This document shows, one piece after another, positions 23,594 to 28,122 of a stretch of 28,122 bases of DNA; within the stretch, counting starts at the first letter, position 1, and each line of letters begins with the position of its first letter. Location: UHGV virus genome UHGV-1710763; one strand, written 5' to 3'. Source of the DNA: a virus. The notes under the pieces were generated by a model, which was not told where the DNA came from, did not search any database, and saw nothing but the letters and a program-made list of their open reading frames with translations. Made by a program: the position numbers and the translations under genes.

Positions 23594-24043
23594 ATGTGTT
23601 ATACAGGCGACCCAGCCAATAACCCTCTTGATAGAGTAAGAATCCTCTGCACAGATACCAATAATGACGAAATTCTTATTGAACAGTCTGTGCTAGAGTG
23701 GTTCTACCTAGAATCTGGAAAGGATGAAAAGAAAGCAGCCATCAAAGCTCTTAAATATTTACTCTTTCAAGTAGCCAAGATGGGAGATGAGAAGGTTGGT
23801 GGTGTTTATTTACGTAACTCTTCCAGATTCAAGTCTCTGAAAGCTGTTTATGACGACCTTGTTAAAAGCTCTGTTTCAGGACTACCCTATGCAGGTGGTA
23901 TTAATCAGTGTGATATTGACATGCGTCGTCAGAATCCTTGCTCTGTCAAGAAATACACAGAATATGGTGATGCTGCCAGATACGAAGGCAGAGATTACTG
24001 CAACCGTGTTAATGGCGTATTTATTATCGAGCGAGATGAATAA
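23594..24043 (+). CDS. hypothetical protein (149 aa), probable head completion / connector
   Basis: ORF-track ORF; AGGAGGG ribosome-binding site; function from position only. Confidence 0.5.
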   Translation: MCYTGDPANNPLDRVRILCTDTNNDEILIEQSVLEWFYLESGKDEKKAAIKALKYLLFQVAKMGDEKVGGVYLRNSSRFKSLKAVYDDLVKSSVSGLPYAGGINQCDIDMRRQNPCSVKKYTEYGDAARYEGRDYCNRVNGVFIIERDE

Positions 24044-24525
24044 TGGTTAAAAGGGTTATTCACCCCGCGAGAGCAAAATTAGTCGGGGCTATGAAGAACT
24101 TGCAAACGGCTAATGCTCAAGTTGGGTATTTTCAAGAACAAGGTCAACATAGCTCTGGTTTTTCTTATCCTGCTTTAATGTATTTACAAGAAGTTATTGG
24201 GGTTCCTTCAGCTTCTGGTAAAGTATATCGTAGGTTGTTTGAAATCACTATGATGCTAAACAAACAGACCTTGTTAGAGCAGACTAAGAAGAATCTATAT
24301 AAGCAACTTAGCAGTCTCAACACAGACCCTTCAAATACCTTAGAAGCATTTGCAAAGAATGCTCAAAAGGCAATTAAAAGGGGTTTTGGTAATTCTGCTA
24401 TCCTCCCTCCTAACGCACCTTCCACAGTCAAGAAAAAAGGCTTTAACGCACCTCTTGTTGAGACAGGTGACTTAAGAGATAACCTTGCTTATAAAATTTC
24501 TACTAAGAAGGGTATTAAGAAATGA
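24043..24525 (+). CDS. hypothetical protein (160 aa), probable head-tail joining
   Basis: ORF-track ORF with overlapping start; function from position only. Confidence 0.5.
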   Translation: MVKRVIHPARAKLVGAMKNLQTANAQVGYFQEQGQHSSGFSYPALMYLQEVIGVPSASGKVYRRLFEITMMLNKQTLLEQTKKNLYKQLSSLNTDPSNTLEAFAKNAQKAIKRGFGNSAILPPNAPSTVKKKGFNAPLVETGDLRDNLAYKISTKKGIKK

Positions 24526-24923
24526 GACTCTTAAACAGACACAGCTTTGTAGTAAAGCGTAAAGTCTCTGAAGACGGTTATTATAACGATGATGGTGATT
24601 GGGTAGCTTCACAAGATATTGTAGAGGTTAACTGTAAAGGTAATATCCAGCCATATATCAAAGGTTCTGTAAAGAACGGTACACAGATTGCTTTACCGGA
24701 AGGTATTAGACTTACCGATACAAGAATCCTGTATACCACATATAAGCTTAGAACTTCAGATGATGTAGAGTGGAATGAGTCTGATATTGTTATGATTGAT
24801 GGTCATGAGTATGAAGTATTTATGACTATGGATTGGTCACAGCAATTAGCCCATACGTCCCATTATGAATATATCATTATTAGAAGGGATAAAATGAATG
24901 CAGTTAGAAACAGCAGAACTTGA
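24522..24923 (+). CDS. hypothetical protein (133 aa), probable head-tail joining
   Basis: ORF-track ORF with 4-nt overlap. Confidence 0.5.
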   Translation: MRLLNRHSFVVKRKVSEDGYYNDDGDWVASQDIVEVNCKGNIQPYIKGSVKNGTQIALPEGIRLTDTRILYTTYKLRTSDDVEWNESDIVMIDGHEYEVFMTMDWSQQLAHTSHYEYIIIRRDKMNAVRNSRT

Positions 24924-25497
24924 AAAAGGTCTAGTTAGAACCTTAGTGGATGTTATTGGTCACAGATTAGCTCGTGATAAAAATAATAGGCCAAACGTAA
25001 TTAGGGCTTACCCTTCTGATAACTCAAATGACAAAGGTTTAAAACCTGACCAGCCATTTATCACCGTATATTGTCAAGATGCTGCAACACCTTATGGTTG
25101 GGTTCTTGATAAGTTTGTTGAGGATGATGTAGTTTGCTACAGAATTGCTTTTCAGATTCCAGTATTAATTACGGTGAATGGTAAAGGTGCTCACAGTATT
25201 ATGCTTGAGCTTAAACAACGATTAGAGATGAGTTCAGTCAGAGATTTAATCCTTGAAGAAACAGGAGCTACAGTACTGGACACTGGAGCAATCCCAAATG
25301 ATTACACTTATCTCAATACAGATTTCGAAAATTCTGCACCTCTTGTTGTAACTCTTGTAAAAAACTCAGTCCTGAAAGATGAACGTGGAAGTATTATTGA
25401 GCGTGTCATTGTTGATGGTGAGTTAGTTTATGAAGAAGGACAAGAGCCACCAGAATATATTATCCATCTAGATGTAGACTCCAAAGGGGTAAAATAA
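24898..25497 (+). CDS. hypothetical protein (199 aa), probable tail terminator / neck
   Basis: ORF-track ORF; function from position only. Confidence 0.5.
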   Translation: MQLETAELEKGLVRTLVDVIGHRLARDKNNRPNVIRAYPSDNSNDKGLKPDQPFITVYCQDAATPYGWVLDKFVEDDVVCYRIAFQIPVLITVNGKGAHSIMLELKQRLEMSSVRDLILEETGATVLDTGAIPNDYTYLNTDFENSAPLVVTLVKNSVLKDERGSIIERVIVDGELVYEEGQEPPEYIIHLDVDSKGVK

Positions 25498-26850
25498 ATG
25501 TGGAATCCAATTGTTAATGTAGACATTACATTGAACACCGCAGGAACTACAAGAGAAGGTTTTGGTTTGCCACTATTCTTAGCTTCAACAGATAACTTTG
25601 AAGAAAGAGTACGTGGTTACACTTCCTTAACTGATGTTGCTGAAGATTTCGATGAAAACTCTGCTGCATATAAGGCTGCTAAACAACTTTGGAGTCAGAC
25701 TCCTAAAGTAACTCAGCTTTATATTGGTAGACGTGCTATGCAGTACACTGTATCAATTCCTGATGCCGTTACCGAAAGTACAGACTACTCAATTACTGTA
25801 GCTGCTGGCGGTGGAATTTCTCAACCATACCAGTACACAGCACAAGATTCAGACACTGCTGAGGTAGTGTTGCAACAGTTTAAAACACAGATTGAAGCTG
25901 ACCCAACAATCAAATATAAGGTTTCTGTGAATGTAACTGGTAGCAATGGCTCTGCCACAATGATTATTACCAAAGCTGGTGATAATGACTTTGTGAAAGT
26001 AACAACCACAGCACAGACTGTATATATTGCAAGTACAACTGCCGATACAGCATCAACTGCTCTGGCAGCTATCGAAGCTTATTCTACCGACTGGTATTTC
26101 ATTGCAGCAGAAGACAGAACTCAACAGTTTGTCTTAGCAATGGCTTCTGAGATTCAGGCTCGCAAGAAAATCTTCTTTACAGCTAACTCTGATGTAGCAG
26201 CACTGCAAGGGACAGAATTAGCCAGTGCAAATGATGTTCCAGCACAGCTTGCTAAGAATATGTACACTCGCACAGTTTGCTTGTGGCATCACGCAGCAGC
26301 AGAAGATTACCCAGAGATGGCATACATTGCTTATGGTGCTCCATATGATGCAGGTTCAATTGCTTGGGGTAATGCTCAGCTAACTGGTGTAGCAGCTTCT
26401 CTACAACCTTCTAATCAGAGACCTCTGACAAGTATTCAGAAGTCAGCTTTAGATGCACGTCACTGTAACTTTATTGACCTTGATGGTGGTGTTCCAGTGG
26501 TTCGTAGAGGGATTACTTCTGGTGGGGAATGGATTGATATCATCCGTGGTGTTGACTGGTTAGAATCAGACCTGAAAACTTCTCTGAGAGACTTGCTAAT
26601 TAACCAGAAGGGTGGTAAGATTACTTATGATGATACTGGTATTACCCGTATTCGTCAAGTCATTGAAACCTCTCTGCAAAGAGCAGTCAACAGAAACTTC
26701 CTGTCATCTTACACAGTTAATGTTCCTAAAGCCTCTCAAGTTGCTTTGGCAGACAAGAAAGCTCGTATCCTGAAAGATGTTACCTTCGCAGGTATCTTAG
26801 CAGGGGCTATCTTGGATGTTGACTTGAAAGGTACAGTGGCTTACGAATAA
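25498..26850 (+). CDS. putative tail sheath protein
   Basis: 450-aa gene followed by a 148-aa gene, two small chaperone-like genes and a probable tape-measure start, the usual order for contractile tails; no motif-level proof. Confidence 0.45.
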   Translation: MWNPIVNVDITLNTAGTTREGFGLPLFLASTDNFEERVRGYTSLTDVAEDFDENSAAYKAAKQLWSQTPKVTQLYIGRRAMQYTVSIPDAVTESTDYSITVAAGGGISQPYQYTAQDSDTAEVVLQQFKTQIEADPTIKYKVSVNVTGSNGSATMIITKAGDNDFVKVTTTAQTVYIASTTADTASTALAAIEAYSTDWYFIAAEDRTQQFVLAMASEIQARKKIFFTANSDVAALQGTELASANDVPAQLAKNMYTRTVCLWHHAAAEDYPEMAYIAYGAPYDAGSIAWGNAQLTGVAASLQPSNQRPLTSIQKSALDARHCNFIDLDGGVPVVRRGITSGGEWIDIIRGVDWLESDLKTSLRDLLINQKGGKITYDDTGITRIRQVIETSLQRAVNRNFLSSYTVNVPKASQVALADKKARILKDVTFAGILAGAILDVDLKGTVAYE

Positions 26851-26865
26851 TAGAGGTAAATTGGA

Positions 26866-27312
26866 ATGGCTATGTATCAGCAATATTCCCCTAAAGACGT
26901 TGTATGTAGCTGGAATGGTATTGCCATTGAAGGCTTTGCCCCAGATTCATTCTTGCGTCTACAGAGAACATCACCGCTTGTGACACCAGTTGTTGGTGCA
27001 GGTGGTCAAGTTGCTCTGACAAGAAATGCAGACAAGACAGGTACTATTGAGATTGAGTTAATGCAGACTTCTCTCTCTAACCAGATGCTTTCTGCAATTC
27101 AAGCTAAACAAGACAATATGGAACTTGAAGAAGATATCTCTTCTAACTTCGTAATCTACGACCCATCAGGCTCTGTTCTGGCAACTGGTATTAATGCTTG
27201 GTTGCAGGAATTACCGCAGATTGAACTTGGTCGTGACCAGAACTCTAAAACTTGGATTTTTGGTTGTGAGAAGCTAGACTACACTTCTACAATTCCAGCG
27301 TCAAGTGTTTAA
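26866..27312 (+). CDS. putative tail tube protein
   Basis: 148-aa gene directly after the sheath candidate and followed by a strong terminator. Confidence 0.45.
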   Translation: MAMYQQYSPKDVVCSWNGIAIEGFAPDSFLRLQRTSPLVTPVVGAGGQVALTRNADKTGTIEIELMQTSLSNQMLSAIQAKQDNMELEEDISSNFVIYDPSGSVLATGINAWLQELPQIELGRDQNSKTWIFGCEKLDYTSTIPASSV

Positions 27313-27322
27313 TAAATCCTAT

Positions 27323-27357
27323 AAGGGGGAGACTTTAAAAGGTCTTCCCCTTTTTTG
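27323..27357 (+). terminator. Rho-independent terminator after the tube gene
   Basis: AAGGGGGAGAC-TTTAAAAG-GTCTTCCCCTT (11-bp stem with one G-U) followed by TTTTTTGTTT. Confidence 0.65.
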
Positions 27358-27385
27358 TTTCTTTTAAAAGTATTAAGGAATCACA

Positions 27386-27784
27386 ATGAAAACAGAATCT
27401 AGAGTAATTAATGGTAAGAAAGTAAATATTGTTCTGCTTGGGGCAAGAGATGGTATTAAGATGTCTATGAAGTTGGGTAAAATTGTTGTTCCAACTTTTG
27501 CACAGATGCTGTCAAGTCTGACTGACAAGGGTAAGAAAGAAGCTCCAATGGTTCCATTTAAAGAACTTGTTGAAGCTTGTTTTGACAGAATTGAAGAAAT
27601 TAACCTTGAAGAAATGGCTACCCTGTTATTTCAAGGGGCAACTGTTGATGACTTCCCACTTAATATTGATACATACTTCCAAGCAAACTATGGTGAATTT
27701 ATTGATTACTTAGCATTTGCGCTGGAGGCAAACTTCGGAAGTTTTTTCGAAGCAAGCATTTTCAAAAGCCTAACTTCTCAGTAA
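27386..27784 (+). CDS. putative tail assembly chaperone
   Basis: 132-aa acidic protein located between the tube candidate and the tape-measure start. Confidence 0.45.
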   Translation: MKTESRVINGKKVNIVLLGARDGIKMSMKLGKIVVPTFAQMLSSLTDKGKKEAPMVPFKELVEACFDRIEEINLEEMATLLFQGATVDDFPLNIDTYFQANYGEFIDYLAFALEANFGSFFEASIFKSLTSQ

Positions 27785-27786
27785 AC

Positions 27787-28026
27787 ATGGGTAACACTCT
27801 ACAGACACCACTGACTGATGCTGCTGTAGAGGCAACCTATGAAGAAGCAGACGAGATGAAATTTGTGCTTGCTATTTATGGTATGGAAGGGTGTAAAGAA
27901 ACACTTGACCAACTCTTTGCTATGACATTCTCTGATTTATTATCATTGAGACAATTTCTTGAAATTCAGAGGTCGTATAAAGAGGAAATTGCTTACAACG
28001 AACTTAGAAGAGCAGGAAAAATGTAA
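27787..28026 (+). CDS. hypothetical protein (79 aa), chaperone-like position
   Basis: ORF-track ORF. Confidence 0.45.
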   Translation: MGNTLQTPLTDAAVEATYEEADEMKFVLAIYGMEGCKETLDQLFAMTFSDLLSLRQFLEIQRSYKEEIAYNELRRAGKM

Positions 28027-28122
28027 TGGCACAATATACAGTTGATAGCTTCATTGTGGAACTTGGTTTCAGTGAAAAGGTAATTAAAGGCTTGCAAAGA
28101 GTTGAGAAAATGTCTATGCAAG
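28026..28122 (+). CDS. 5' end of a gene truncated by the window edge (likely tape measure protein)
   Basis: ATG at 28026 overlapping the upstream stop; open to the window end (MAQYTVDSFIVELGFSEKVIKGLQRVEKMSMQ). Confidence 0.4.
   Translation, partial: MAQYTVDSFIVELGFSEKVIKGLQRVEKMSMQ

Overview
This window reads as a contiguous piece of a tailed-phage (Caudoviricetes) genome, AT-rich and densely coded except for two unusual stretches. All calls are from reading the sequence and the supplied ORF track by eye; no database search or folding program was run, so protein families and tRNA folds are provisional. Layout: (1) 1-640, the end of a rightward gene, a small gene and an intrinsic terminator; (2) 640-2240, a ~1.6 kb non-coding region packed with several families of short repeats, lying between convergent terminators; (3) 2250-8658, a leftward operon of small unknown genes including a GH24 lysozyme, a protein with three Ig-like repeats and its frameshifted paralogue; (4) 8660-10760, a promoter region and rightward genes including a protein with Ro60/TROVE-like vWA architecture; (5) 10920-16420, a tRNA island of about 26 tRNA genes with an HNH endonuclease, a membrane protein, repeated spacer motifs and at least one circularly permuted tRNA-like element; (6) 16540-28122, a late structural module (large terminase, portal, S49-type protease/scaffold, decoration-like protein, major capsid protein, connector genes, putative sheath and tube, chaperone-like genes, start of a probable tape-measure gene). 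The best candidate for something new is the Ro60-like gene sitting about 1 kb from the permuted tRNA-like element and the hairpin-forming spacer repeats, which together suggest a Y-RNA-like ribonucleoprotein module; the repeat-dense non-coding region is the second.
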